Shown one piece after another: positions 8,250 to 16,823 of a DNA stretch of 64,000 nt (position 1 is its first letter; each line of letters opens with the position of its first letter). This DNA comes from Candidatus Zipacnadia bacterium. Lineage in GTDB: Bacteria > Armatimonadota > Zipacnadia > Zipacnadales > UBA5352. Location: NCBI GenBank assembly GCA_029821635.1, contig JALGSW010000001.1:8702-72701 (forward strand), written 5' to 3'. The notes below the pieces were generated by a model. It searched no databases, was not told where the DNA came from, and worked only from the letters and a program-made list of their open reading frames with translations. Position numbers and translations under genes: made by a program.

Positions 8250-10095
8250 GGCCACGATCACCGTCGATCCCTCCCGCCCGACCGGCTCCGTCAGCCCGCT
8301 CATCTTCGGGCACTTCATCGAGCAGCTCGGGCGTTGCATCACCGGCGGCATCCACGCCGAGATGCTGCGCTCCCGGCGCTTCACGGGCTTTGACGAGGAT
8401 CGCGACGGCCTCGCCGACCCCTGGCGGAAGCTCGGCGGGCGCGCGCCGCACCTGCTCGTCGAGCCGCCCGCAGAGTCGTCCGGTGGCGCGCTCACGATGC
8501 GCTGCCTGCGCGACACCGGCGAGCCGCATCGCATCGCCCACGCCGGCCTGGCGGTCCGTGCCGGCGTGGAGTACGCGCTCTCCGTCGAGTTGCGGACCTC
8601 GCCCGGCATCACCGAGGTGCTGCTCGGCCTCGGCGGTGAGACGCACGTGCTGCCCGCGCCCGGCCCCGACGGCGCGCGCATAGAACGCACCGTCACCTCC
8701 CACTGGGACAGCGACGACGACGCGCTCGTGATCGGCTGCCGCGGCGCGGGCACGATGCAGGTGCGCGGGCCGAGCGTGCTGGCCGTGCGCGACCTGGAGC
8801 TGGGCGGCCTCCGCGCCGACGTGGTTGAGCTGGTGCGCGCGATCGAGCCGCCGATCATCCGCTGGCCCGGAGGCTGCTTCGCCGACGGCTACCGCTGGCG
8901 CGACGGCGTCGGCGAGCCCCACGCGCGCCCCGCCAGCTTCGATCCGGCGTGGGGGGCGTGGGATGACAATGACTTCGGCACCGCGGAATTCGTGCGCTTC
9001 TGCCGCCTCGTCGGCGCCGAGCCCTACATCTGCGTCAACACCGGCAGCGATGACGCGGACTCTGCGGCCGAGTGGGTGGGCTGGTGCCGCGAGCGCGACC
9101 TTGGTGTGCACTGGTGGGGGATCGGCAACGAGACCTACGGGAGCTGGGAGATCGGCAACGTGCCCGCGGACGAGTACGCCCGGCTCTTCGTGCGCTTCGC
9201 CGAGGCGATGCGGGCGGAGGACCCGTCGATCGAGCTGATCGCGGTCGGCGCCGATCCGGTGGACCATCCCCACTGGAACCCGACGGTGCTGCGCATCGCG
9301 GGCGAGCAGATCGACCACCTGTCCGTGCATCGCTACGTTCCGCACCGGCGCGACGATGCGGCGCGCGAGCGGCAGTTCCGGGCGATCGTCGCGGCCCCGT
9401 TGGACATCGAGCGGCGGCTGCGCCTGGTCGCGGAGACGATCGACGAGGTCCTCGGCGCGGGCAGCGGCGTTGGCATCGCGTTCGACGAGTGGAATGTCTG
9501 GCTCGACGCAGCCGGCGACGATGGCATCGAGGAGCGCTACGAACTGCGCGACGCTCTGTTCGCGGCAGGCGTCTTCAACGCGATGAATCGGCTGGGCGAT
9601 CGGCTGTCGATGGCCAACCTCGCGCAGCTCGTGAACGTGCTGCCCGCGATCGTCACTGCGCCGACCGCCGCCTGGGGGACACCGCTCTATCACGCGTTCT
9701 CACTCTACCGCCGCTGTCACGGGGAGGCCCTCTCCTGCGAGTGCGCCTCGCCGGCCTTCGATGCGGAGGCTTTCGGCAACATCCCGGCGCTGGATGGCGT
9801 GCCGTGGCTGGATGTGAGCGCGGTTCTCGCCGACGATGGCCGCGAGGTCGTGCTGGCGGCGGTGAACCGGCATCCGTCGGAGGCCGTGCAGGCGCGGATC
9901 GCAGTGGGGGAGAGCGTCGTGGGCATCGAGCGGGCGACGCTCACCGGCGCGAGCGAGGCCGCCGCGAACTCGGAGGCCCTGCCCAACGCCGTGGCGGTAC
10001 ACACTGAGCCACTGGAGCTGCGGGGAGAGAGCTTCGGCATCGTGTTCCCGCCGCATTCGGCGACGGTGTTGAGGCTCAGCCGGCAGAGCCCCTGA
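8242..10095 (+). CDS. alpha-L-arabinofuranosidase, GH51-like
   Basis: PLIFGHFIEQLGRCI, IRWPGGCFADGYRWRDGVG and WWGIGNETYGSWEIG (GNE acid/base region) are GH51-type motifs. The ATG at 8242 overlaps the comF stop (ATGCTTGA). Confidence 0.75.
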   Translation: MLEATITVDPSRPTGSVSPLIFGHFIEQLGRCITGGIHAEMLRSRRFTGFDEDRDGLADPWRKLGGRAPHLLVEPPAESSGGALTMRCLRDTGEPHRIAHAGLAVRAGVEYALSVELRTSPGITEVLLGLGGETHVLPAPGPDGARIERTVTSHWDSDDDALVIGCRGAGTMQVRGPSVLAVRDLELGGLRADVVELVRAIEPPIIRWPGGCFADGYRWRDGVGEPHARPASFDPAWGAWDDNDFGTAEFVRFCRLVGAEPYICVNTGSDDADSAAEWVGWCRERDLGVHWWGIGNETYGSWEIGNVPADEYARLFVRFAEAMRAEDPSIELIAVGADPVDHPHWNPTVLRIAGEQIDHLSVHRYVPHRRDDAARERQFRAIVAAPLDIERRLRLVAETIDEVLGAGSGVGIAFDEWNVWLDAAGDDGIEERYELRDALFAAGVFNAMNRLGDRLSMANLAQLVNVLPAIVTAPTAAWGTPLYHAFSLYRRCHGEALSCECASPAFDAEAFGNIPALDGVPWLDVSAVLADDGREVVLAAVNRHPSEAVQARIAVGESVVGIERATLTGASEAAANSEALPNAVAVHTEPLELRGESFGIVFPPHSATVLRLSRQSP

Positions 10096-10182
10096 CCATC
10101 GCGGCCGCGAGTACGTTAAGATATTGTGGCCACGCAGGTTCCATGCATGCACTTCCGGAACGAGCATTCGCCGCCCGTCGTT

Positions 10183-10245
10183 GGCGTTCGCAGTGGTTGT
10201 ACGCCGTTCGCAGTTGCTGTCTGCCGCTCTCCGTCGTTCGCTACC
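10183..10245 (+). promoter_or_regulatory. CGTT-phased repeat box abutting the pilB -35 element
   Basis: 20-nt units GGCGTTCGCAGTGGTTGTAC (10183-10202) and GCCGTTCGCAGTTGCTGTCT (10203-10222) match 15/20. CGTT occurs at 10185, 10205 and 10235, spaced in multiples of 10. The 28-mer at 10218-10245 matches 14878-14905 at 24/28. Confidence 0.4.
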
Positions 10246-10275
10246 TTGACGTGGCGAGTCGACGGCGGGTATAAT
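10246..10275 (+). promoter_or_regulatory. sigma70-type promoter for pilB
   Basis: TTGACG (10246-10251), an 18-nt spacer, then TATAAT (10270-10275), about 60 nt upstream of the pilB start. Confidence 0.6.
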
Positions 10276-10285
10276 CAGCCGGGCG

Positions 10286-10305
10286 ATAGGACTTTGGAGT
10301 CCTAT
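10286..10305 (+). promoter_or_regulatory. palindrome / 5'-leader hairpin just downstream of the pilB -10
   Basis: ATAGGACT-TTGG-AGTCCTAT, a perfect 8-bp inverted repeat starting 11 nt after the TATAAT. Confidence 0.4.
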
Positions 10306-10337
10306 GTACGGTTCGCGTCACAGCTAGTAGGCGAGAG

Positions 10338-12140
10338 GTGCGGAGAATGCGCAGGTCCCGCGGCAGGAAGTTGATCGGGCAGATGCTCATCGAGAAGGGC
10401 CACGTCACGGATGAGCAGCTCGAACAGGCCCTCGCGGCACAGGAGCAGAGTACACAGCGTATCGGCGAGATTCTGATGGACCTCGGGTTCGTCGACGAGG
10501 AGCCATTGTATCAGACGCTCGCCGAGCAGATGAGCGTTGGCTACGTGAACCTGGACAAGACCCAGGTGGATCCGAACGTGGCGACGCTCATCAGCCAGGA
10601 TGTGGCGAAGCGTTACACGGCGCTGCCGGTGGACCGTGGCGAGGAGGGGACGATTCGTGTGGCGATGGCCGAGCCCACGGACGTCATCGCGCTCGACGAC
10701 CTGAAGATGCGCCTGCAGGTGGCGGTTGAGCCACTGCTGGCGCGAGGTGACGTGATCGAGAGCATGATCGAGAAGGTTTACAGCACGGCGCCGGCCGGCG
10801 GTGGCGGCGGTGGGGGCGGGGGCGGAGGTGGCGGCGCCGGGGACTTCGGCATGGGCGATATGGCCCAGCTGGCCCAGTCCGTGCGCGAGAGCGGGATGCT
10901 CGCGGCCGAGGATGACGCCGGCGACGACTCCCGCATCGACACCGACCGCATCGCGGACGTGGCCGACGAGGCGCCGATCATCCGCATCGCCAAGGTCGTC
11001 ATCCAACGCGCCATCCAGGAGCGCGCCAGCGACATCCACGTCGAGCCGGGGAGCGAGGGCGTGCGCATCCGCTACCGCATCGACGGTGTGCTGCATGAGA
11101 TCCTTACGCTGCCCAAGTACGTGCACGCGCCGCTGATCTCGCGTCTGAAGATCATGGCCAACATGAACATCGCCGAGCGCCGCGTCCCGCAGGACGGACG
11201 CATCCACATCAGGCACGCCGGCGATGACTTCGACCTGCGCGTCTCCACCATCCCCACGACGCTCGGCGAAAAGTGTGTCATGCGGATCCTGGACAAGCGC
11301 GGTATCATGCTCGGCCTCGAGAACCTCGGCTTCTCGCATGAGATGATGGTCACGATGGACTACCTCATCTCCCAGCCCAACGGCATGATCCTCTCGACCG
11401 GACCTACCGGAAGCGGGAAGACCACCACACAGTACTCGGTTCTCAACAAGATCAACGACATCGAGACCAACATCATCACGATCGAGGACCCGGTCGAGTA
11501 TCAGATCGATGGCATCAGCCAGGTGCACGTGAACCGCAAAGCCGGGCTGACCTTCGCGATCGCGCTGAAGTACTTCCTGCGGCAGGACCCCGACATCATC
11601 CTGGTCGGCGAGATTCGCGACCTGGAGACCTCGGAGATCGCGATCCAGGCCGCTCTCACCGGTCACCTTGTGCTCAGCACCCTGCACACGAACGACGCGC
11701 CGTCCACCGTTACGCGTATGATCGACATGGGCGTCGAGCCGTTCCTCATCGCTTCCTCGATCATCGCCTCTGTCTCCCAGCGGCTCGCGCGCAAGCTCTG
11801 TGAGAGCTGCAAGGAGCCCACGACGCCCTCCCGCGACCAGCTCCTGGGCCTCGGCTTCGACCCCGACGCCCCCGAGAATCGGGACATCGTCTTCTACACC
11901 GGACGGGGCTGCCCGGCCTGCCGCAACACCGGCTACTTGGGCCGCATCGGGATCTACGAGATGATGACGATGAACACCGAGATCCGCGAACTGGTGGTCA
12001 AGCGCGCCTCCGCCGACCAGATCAAAGAGGCCGCACTGGCCAACGGGATGATCACGCTGAGCATGGACGCGCTCAACAAGGCGATGGTGGGCACGACGGA
12101 CATCGATGAGATCCTGCGCGTGGTATCCACCGTCAGGTAA
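10338..12140 (+). CDS. pilB: type IV pilus extension ATPase PilB (GspE family) with MshEN-type N-terminus
   Basis: Tandem GspII_E_N/MshEN-like motifs (IGQMLIEKGHVTDEQLEQALAAQ, RIGEILMDLGFVDEEPLYQTLAEQ). Walker A GPTGSGKTTT. Asp box/Walker B DPDIILVGEIRD. C-terminal tetracysteine CESC...CPAC. The start could be GTG 10338 or ATG 10347. Confidence 0.9.
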   Translation: MRRMRRSRGRKLIGQMLIEKGHVTDEQLEQALAAQEQSTQRIGEILMDLGFVDEEPLYQTLAEQMSVGYVNLDKTQVDPNVATLISQDVAKRYTALPVDRGEEGTIRVAMAEPTDVIALDDLKMRLQVAVEPLLARGDVIESMIEKVYSTAPAGGGGGGGGGGGGGAGDFGMGDMAQLAQSVRESGMLAAEDDAGDDSRIDTDRIADVADEAPIIRIAKVVIQRAIQERASDIHVEPGSEGVRIRYRIDGVLHEILTLPKYVHAPLISRLKIMANMNIAERRVPQDGRIHIRHAGDDFDLRVSTIPTTLGEKCVMRILDKRGIMLGLENLGFSHEMMVTMDYLISQPNGMILSTGPTGSGKTTTQYSVLNKINDIETNIITIEDPVEYQIDGISQVHVNRKAGLTFAIALKYFLRQDPDIILVGEIRDLETSEIAIQAALTGHLVLSTLHTNDAPSTVTRMIDMGVEPFLIASSIIASVSQRLARKLCESCKEPTTPSRDQLLGLGFDPDAPENRDIVFYTGRGCPACRNTGYLGRIGIYEMMTMNTEIRELVVKRASADQIKEAALANGMITLSMDALNKAMVGTTDIDEILRVVSTVR

Positions 12141-12214
12141 CGCGCAGCACCATGTAATCACAAGAGGGCGCGCGCGGCCCCCGGCTCCGCCCGCGCCCCC
12201 AGGAGGCACTGCCG

Positions 12215-13342
12215 ATGGCAGCTCAGGAAGCCGCACGAGCCAAGCGGAAGGTCAAGCCCGTCCATGATGTGCACATCGACGAGCTGCTCGAGCTCGTCGT
12301 CGAGCATAACGCCTCGGACCTGCACGTCTCCGACGGTCTTCCGCCCGTGCTGCGCATCGACGGTGAGCTCAAGAAGACGCGCTACGAGGTCATCACGCCC
12401 GAGATCTCCCAGCGCATGATCTACGACATCCTGACCGACGATCAGATCCAGCGCTTCGAGACGGACCTCGAGCTGGACTGCTCCTACGCATACCAGGACG
12501 TCGCGCGCTTCCGCGTGAACGTCTACCGCGACCGCGGCACCGTCGCCTCCGCGCTTCGTCTTATCCCGCGGCGCATCCCAACCATCGACGAACTGAACCT
12601 GCCGCACATCGTCCTCGACCTCTCCCGGCGTGTCCGCGGCCTGATCCTGGTCACGGGCCCCACCGGTAGTGGCAAGTCCACCACGCTCGCCTCGATGATC
12701 AACCAGATCAACCACGAGCGCGCCGAGCACATCATCACGATCGAGGACCCGATCGAGTACCTGCACACGCACGCCAAGTCCGTCATCAACCAGCGCGAGC
12801 TCGGGCAGGACACGCACACCTTCAACAACGCCCTGCGCGCTTCCCTCCGTGAAGACCCGGACGTCATCCTGGTCGGTGAGATGCGCGACCTTGAGACCAT
12901 CCAGCTCGCCGTCACCTGTGCGGAAACCGGTCACCTTGTCATGGCCACCCTGCACACCAACAGCGCCGCGGAGTCCGTTGACCGCATGATCGACGTCTTC
13001 CCACCCGCCGCGCAGGAGCAGATCCGCATCCAGCTCTCGAACAACCTGCAGGCGATCCTCTCCCAGCAGCTCATGCGCCGCGCCGGGCAGCCGGGCCGCA
13101 TCGCCGCGATCGAGGTCATGATCGCGAACTCCGCTATCCGCAACCTCATCCGCGAGGCGAAGACTCACCAGATCACCTCGGTCATCCAGACCTCCGCGGG
13201 CACGGGGATGCAGACGATGGACCAGGCGCTGCGCGACCTGTACCAGGCGTCGATGATTACCTACGAGGACGCAATGCGGCGCGCGCAGAACCCGCTGGAG
13301 CTCGAGAAGCTCATCCACGGCACTGGGGAAGAGGAGTCCTAG
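12215..13342 (+). CDS. pilT: type IV pilus retraction ATPase PilT
   Basis: Walker A GPTGSGKSTTLASMI, DPDVILVGEMRD, and the PilT-specific AIRNLIRE motif is present verbatim. Confidence 0.9.
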   Translation: MAAQEAARAKRKVKPVHDVHIDELLELVVEHNASDLHVSDGLPPVLRIDGELKKTRYEVITPEISQRMIYDILTDDQIQRFETDLELDCSYAYQDVARFRVNVYRDRGTVASALRLIPRRIPTIDELNLPHIVLDLSRRVRGLILVTGPTGSGKSTTLASMINQINHERAEHIITIEDPIEYLHTHAKSVINQRELGQDTHTFNNALRASLREDPDVILVGEMRDLETIQLAVTCAETGHLVMATLHTNSAAESVDRMIDVFPPAAQEQIRIQLSNNLQAILSQQLMRRAGQPGRIAAIEVMIANSAIRNLIREAKTHQITSVIQTSAGTGMQTMDQALRDLYQASMITYEDAMRRAQNPLELEKLIHGTGEEES

Positions 13343-13488
13343 CGCGGGTAGCCGTACGCAGCGTCGCCGGGCCGTTCGATGGTGGCGACAACTTGGTTAA
13401 GGTTTGACGAACTTGTTTCGCGCGTGGGCATCGCGCGTACCCTACTAGCGAGGAAAGCGTGAGTCCGCGGACGAGGAGTGGGTCATAG

Positions 13489-14730
13489 ATGCCTACATTC
13501 GCCTACACGGCCAAGGACAAGATGGGGCAGGAGGTGCAGAAGACTCAGGATGCCGCCTCCAAGGAGGCGCTCATCAAGTCTCTGCGCGATGAAGGCCTCT
13601 TCCCCACCAGCGTTGAGGAGCAGAAGACCTCGGCGCTGATGAAGAAGGCCTCCGGTAAGTCGTTCAAGTTCAGCTTCGGCAAGCGCGTCGGACTGAAGGA
13701 CCTCTCGATCTTCTGTCGGCAGTTTGCCACGATGATCAACGCGGGCGTCTCGCTGGTCCGCTGCCTGGACGTTCTCGAGCAGCAGACCTCGAACGTCGGC
13801 CTCAAGGAGATCATCCGCGACATCCAGACGGAGGTCGAGGGTGGCGCCACGCTGTCGAAGGCGATGGCGAAGTACCCCAAGGTCTTCAGCGAGCTGGCGG
13901 TCGGTCTGGTCCGCGCCGGTGAGGTCGGTGGTGTGCTTGACGACACCCTCGAACGTCTCGCGGTGTTCCTTGAGAAGGACCTCGAGCTGCGCCTGAAGAT
14001 CAAGTCGGCTATGACCTACCCGATCTTGGTTCTCGTCGTTGCGGTCGGCATCGTCAGCTTCCTTGTCATGTCCATCCTGCCCAAGTTCATGGCACTGTTC
14101 CTGGAACTCGGGATGGAGGAGAGCGACTTCCCCGCGCCGACTCGGCTGCTGATGAACATCAGCAACTTCGCGCTGCAGAAATGGTACCTGATGATCGGCA
14201 TCATCGTCGGCCTGTGGATCGCGGTCGGTCGGATCAAGGCAACCAAGAGCGGGAAGCGCTTCTTCGACGCGCTGACGCTGAAGATTCCCGTTTTCGGGCC
14301 GCTGAACCACAAGATCGCCGTCTCGCGGTTCGCGCGCACTCTCTCGACGCTGCTCTCGTCGGGTGTTCCGATCCTGCAGGCGTTCGAGACGGTGGCGGGC
14401 ACGGTGGCCAACGACGTGATCGCCGACGCGATCCTGCTCGCCCGCGCGAGCATCCGTGAGGGTGACACGATCGCGGACCCGCTGGCGGAGAGCAAGATGT
14501 TCCCGGCGATGGTCGTGCAGATGATCACGATCGGTGAAGAGACCGGTCAGCTTGACAGCATGCTCGAGAAGGTCGCTATCTTCTACGAGCGCGAGGTGGA
14601 CGCGGCGGTAGAAAGCCTTACGGCCGCAATCGAGCCGATCATGATCGTTGTGCTGGGCTTCATCGTCGGCTTCATCGTCATCGCGATGTTCCTGCCACTG
14701 ATCGGCGTCATTCAAAACCTGAGCCAGTAA
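13489..14730 (+). CDS. pilC: type IV pilus platform protein PilC (GspF family)
   Basis: 413 aa with two GspF-type repeats and three hydrophobic segments. It sits between pilT and pilD. Confidence 0.9.
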   Translation: MPTFAYTAKDKMGQEVQKTQDAASKEALIKSLRDEGLFPTSVEEQKTSALMKKASGKSFKFSFGKRVGLKDLSIFCRQFATMINAGVSLVRCLDVLEQQTSNVGLKEIIRDIQTEVEGGATLSKAMAKYPKVFSELAVGLVRAGEVGGVLDDTLERLAVFLEKDLELRLKIKSAMTYPILVLVVAVGIVSFLVMSILPKFMALFLELGMEESDFPAPTRLLMNISNFALQKWYLMIGIIVGLWIAVGRIKATKSGKRFFDALTLKIPVFGPLNHKIAVSRFARTLSTLLSSGVPILQAFETVAGTVANDVIADAILLARASIREGDTIADPLAESKMFPAMVVQMITIGEETGQLDSMLEKVAIFYEREVDAAVESLTAAIEPIMIVVLGFIVGFIVIAMFLPLIGVIQNLSQ

Positions 14731-14764
14731 CGTCACGCCGGCTCAGACGCAGTTGAGGGCAGTC

Positions 14765-14795
14765 TTCGGCGGCCGGTGCGGGACCGGCCGCCGAA
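14765..14795 (+). terminator. strong hairpin after pilC (attenuator or terminator, no U-tract)
   Basis: TTCGGCGGCCGGT-GCGGG-ACCGGCCGCCGAA, a perfect 13-bp stem 35 nt after the pilC stop. It is followed by CTGCGCATGC, not a T-run. Confidence 0.4.
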
Positions 14796-14840
14796 CTGCG
14801 CATGCTGGGGTTGCGTGGGCTCGTCGCCGGGGCTGAAGAC

Positions 14841-14910
14841 GTCGGTCGTTCTGTCGTTATCTGCCGTTGTCTGTCGTTCTCTGCCGTTATCCGTCGTTCG
14901 CTGCCGTTCC
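14841..14910 (+). repeat. 7-unit, 10-nt phased tandem array (CTGYCGTTNN) immediately upstream of pilD
   Basis: The units are GTCGGTCGTT / CTGTCGTTAT / CTGCCGTTGT / CTGTCGTTCT / CTGCCGTTAT / CCGTCGTTCG / CTGCCGTTCC. CGTT sits at 14855, 14865, 14875, 14885, 14895 and 14905, exactly 10 nt apart. The array ends right before GAGGTGAG and the ATG at 14920. Confidence 0.85.
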
Positions 14911-14919
14911 GAGGTGAGT

Positions 14920-15780
14920 ATGATCTCCACAGGCGCGGCCGGAACGGCCCTGATCGTGGTTGTCTTCCTGTTTGGGGCCTCCATCGGCAGCTTCCTGAAC
15001 GTGGTGATCTTCCGCTTGCCGCGGGGTGAGTCGCTGGTCCACCCGCGCTCGCGTTGCCTCAGTTGCGGCTCGGACCTCGGACTGGTGGACCTCGTGCCCG
15101 TCTTGAGCTACATCGGCTTGCGCGGGTGCTGCCGGCACTGCGCGCGCTCCTACTCCCCGCGCTACATGCTCGTCGAGCTGTTCACAGGGATCGCGGCGAT
15201 CGGGGCGCTCTACCTCTTCGGCCCGACCCTCCACGCGCCCCTGGCGTTCCTCGCGGTCTGCTGCCTCGTGGTGGTCTTCTTCATCGACCTCGACCACTAC
15301 ATCATCCCGGACGGTACCGTGGCAATCATCGCCGGCGTCGGCGTGGCGCTCGACGTCCTCCGGCTGCTGCAGGGCGGGGTGTCGGGGGCGATAATGTTCA
15401 ACGAGCGGCTCAGTTCCACTTTGGAGTACACGGTGGTGCTGCCGCGCTCGCTGGTCGGCATGGCGGTGGGCGCGGGCCTGTTCGTGGCAATCGCCTTCGT
15501 GGCCGAGCGGGTCTTCAAGCGGCCGGGGATGGGCTGGGGCGACGTGAAGCTCGCCGGCGCGATGGGCGCGATCCTCGGGCCCGGGTACCAGTTCCTGACG
15601 TATTTTCTGCTCGCGGTCTTCATCGGAGCGATCGTGGGCCTGATCTGCATGGCGGCGGGCTTCGTCGGGCGACGGGATTACATCCCGTTCGGGCCGATGA
15701 TGGCGGCCGCGGGCGTGGCGATGATCTACTTCGGCGACATCCTTACACCAATCGTGATGTCGCGGTTCCTTATAGGCTGA
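14920..15780 (+). CDS. pilD: prepilin peptidase / N-methyltransferase PilD (A24 family)
   Basis: GSFLNVVIFRLP, Cys pairs CLSCG...CRHCA, FFIDLDHYIIPD and GMGWGDVKLAGAMGAILG (the two catalytic-Asp regions). The start is at ATG 14920 with a GAGGTGAG RBS. The upstream part of the track ORF is the repeat array. Confidence 0.9.
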   Translation: MISTGAAGTALIVVVFLFGASIGSFLNVVIFRLPRGESLVHPRSRCLSCGSDLGLVDLVPVLSYIGLRGCCRHCARSYSPRYMLVELFTGIAAIGALYLFGPTLHAPLAFLAVCCLVVVFFIDLDHYIIPDGTVAIIAGVGVALDVLRLLQGGVSGAIMFNERLSSTLEYTVVLPRSLVGMAVGAGLFVAIAFVAERVFKRPGMGWGDVKLAGAMGAILGPGYQFLTYFLLAVFIGAIVGLICMAAGFVGRRDYIPFGPMMAAAGVAMIYFGDILTPIVMSRFLIG

Positions 15781-15861
15781 GAAACACCGTGACCAGGACG
15801 CTGGCGGGCGCCAGGCGGCAGGTTTAGTTACCCCCCGCCGCCGGGTAGAAAGCTATCGGAT

Positions 15862-15891
15862 GGCGCGGGAGTCACTAGTGACGCCCGCGCC
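15862..15891. promoter_or_regulatory. 30-nt near-perfect palindrome between pilD and the first pilin gene
   Basis: GGCGCGGG-A-GTCACTAGTGAC-G-CCCGCGCC. The outer 8-bp arms are perfect, the inner 12-mer is self-complementary, and there is one A/G mismatch. It could be an operator or a terminator hairpin. Confidence 0.35.
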
Positions 15892-15956
15892 GCATCCGTG
15901 ACGGACCCGATTTCGCGCCAGAAAGATCCGCCAGCACATGTGGGAGGCACGCGACA

Positions 15957-16706
15957 ATGACGCAAACTGACAAGCGGCGCGGGTTCACGCTGGTGGAGAT
16001 GCTCGTTGTCATATCTATCATCGTCGTCCTCGTGGCGATCCTCTTCCCAACCTTCTCGACTGCGCGGGAGAAATCTCGTCAGGTCAATTGTCAGACCAAC
16101 CTCTCCAGCCTCGTCTCGGCCCTTCAGGACTATAAGCGGCAGTACCACAGGTACCCGCCGCAGCCGATCTACGACGCCGGCCTCCAGCTCTACATCGGCG
16201 GCTTTTCCGCGCTGTATCCTGATTTCGTCGATGACTGGAGCAAGATGGTCTGCCCTGACGACCGCACCGTCATCGACCGGCAGGACGACGCCAAAGCCCG
16301 ACGCTACTGCTCCTACAACGGTGTGATCGAGCTGGCTGAGGACCGCGGCTCCAGCAACCCGTGGGAGTTCGCGGTGGACTCGGACACCTCGAATGCGAAG
16401 GTCACCTACAACTACTACGGCTACGACGAGAAGGGCTGGAATCTCACCACGCCGCTCAGCCCGCCTGGCGATGCGAAGCCCGCGTGGCTCGACCGCGGCT
16501 GGAAGTACTACCCGCGGCTGCTCAACATCTACGCGCCCGAGTACACGATGGTTACGCACTGCACCTTCCACCGGAGCTTCTACTCCAAGACCGCCGAGCA
16601 GCGCGACACACACGTGAACCTCGGCTCCGAGACCGACACGCTCGTGGTGGAGAACTGGCAGAACACGTCGAGCGGCGCGAGCCTGTTCGAGAAGCAGGAG
16701 CAGTAG
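15957..16706 (+). CDS. prepilin-type N-terminal cleavage/methylation domain protein (candidate major pilin)
   Basis: Leader MTQTDKRRG followed by FTLVEMLVVISIIVVLVAILFP (G|F with Glu at +5). It is the first pilin-like gene after pilD, has its own 176-nt upstream region, and encodes 249 aa. Confidence 0.8.
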   Translation: MTQTDKRRGFTLVEMLVVISIIVVLVAILFPTFSTAREKSRQVNCQTNLSSLVSALQDYKRQYHRYPPQPIYDAGLQLYIGGFSALYPDFVDDWSKMVCPDDRTVIDRQDDAKARRYCSYNGVIELAEDRGSSNPWEFAVDSDTSNAKVTYNYYGYDEKGWNLTTPLSPPGDAKPAWLDRGWKYYPRLLNIYAPEYTMVTHCTFHRSFYSKTAEQRDTHVNLGSETDTLVVENWQNTSSGASLFEKQEQ

Positions 16707-16823
16707 CCTGAGGAGCAGGCGCCGGGCGAAGATACGCACGCAAGGGCGCGGGAGCGACCGCGCGGCAGCGACCGGATGCGAAGGGATACCGCCGTGACGA
16801 CAAGCGCGAGGAAAGGGACGGTC

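Noticed and set aside
10797-10835. G-rich run in pilB as a G-quadruplex element
   Set aside because: It contains only two runs of three or more consecutive G. It is simply the codons of a poly-glycine linker.
10302-12236. 644-aa minus-strand ORF. Similar cases are 12158..13318 and 13483..14736.
   Set aside because: They are antisense to pilB, pilT and pilC, which carry Walker boxes and GspF repeats.
15781-15956. Sigma54-type promoter for the first pilin gene
   Set aside because: I scanned by eye for TGGCAC-N5-TTGC and found no acceptable -24/-12 pair, so the pilin promoter type remains unknown.
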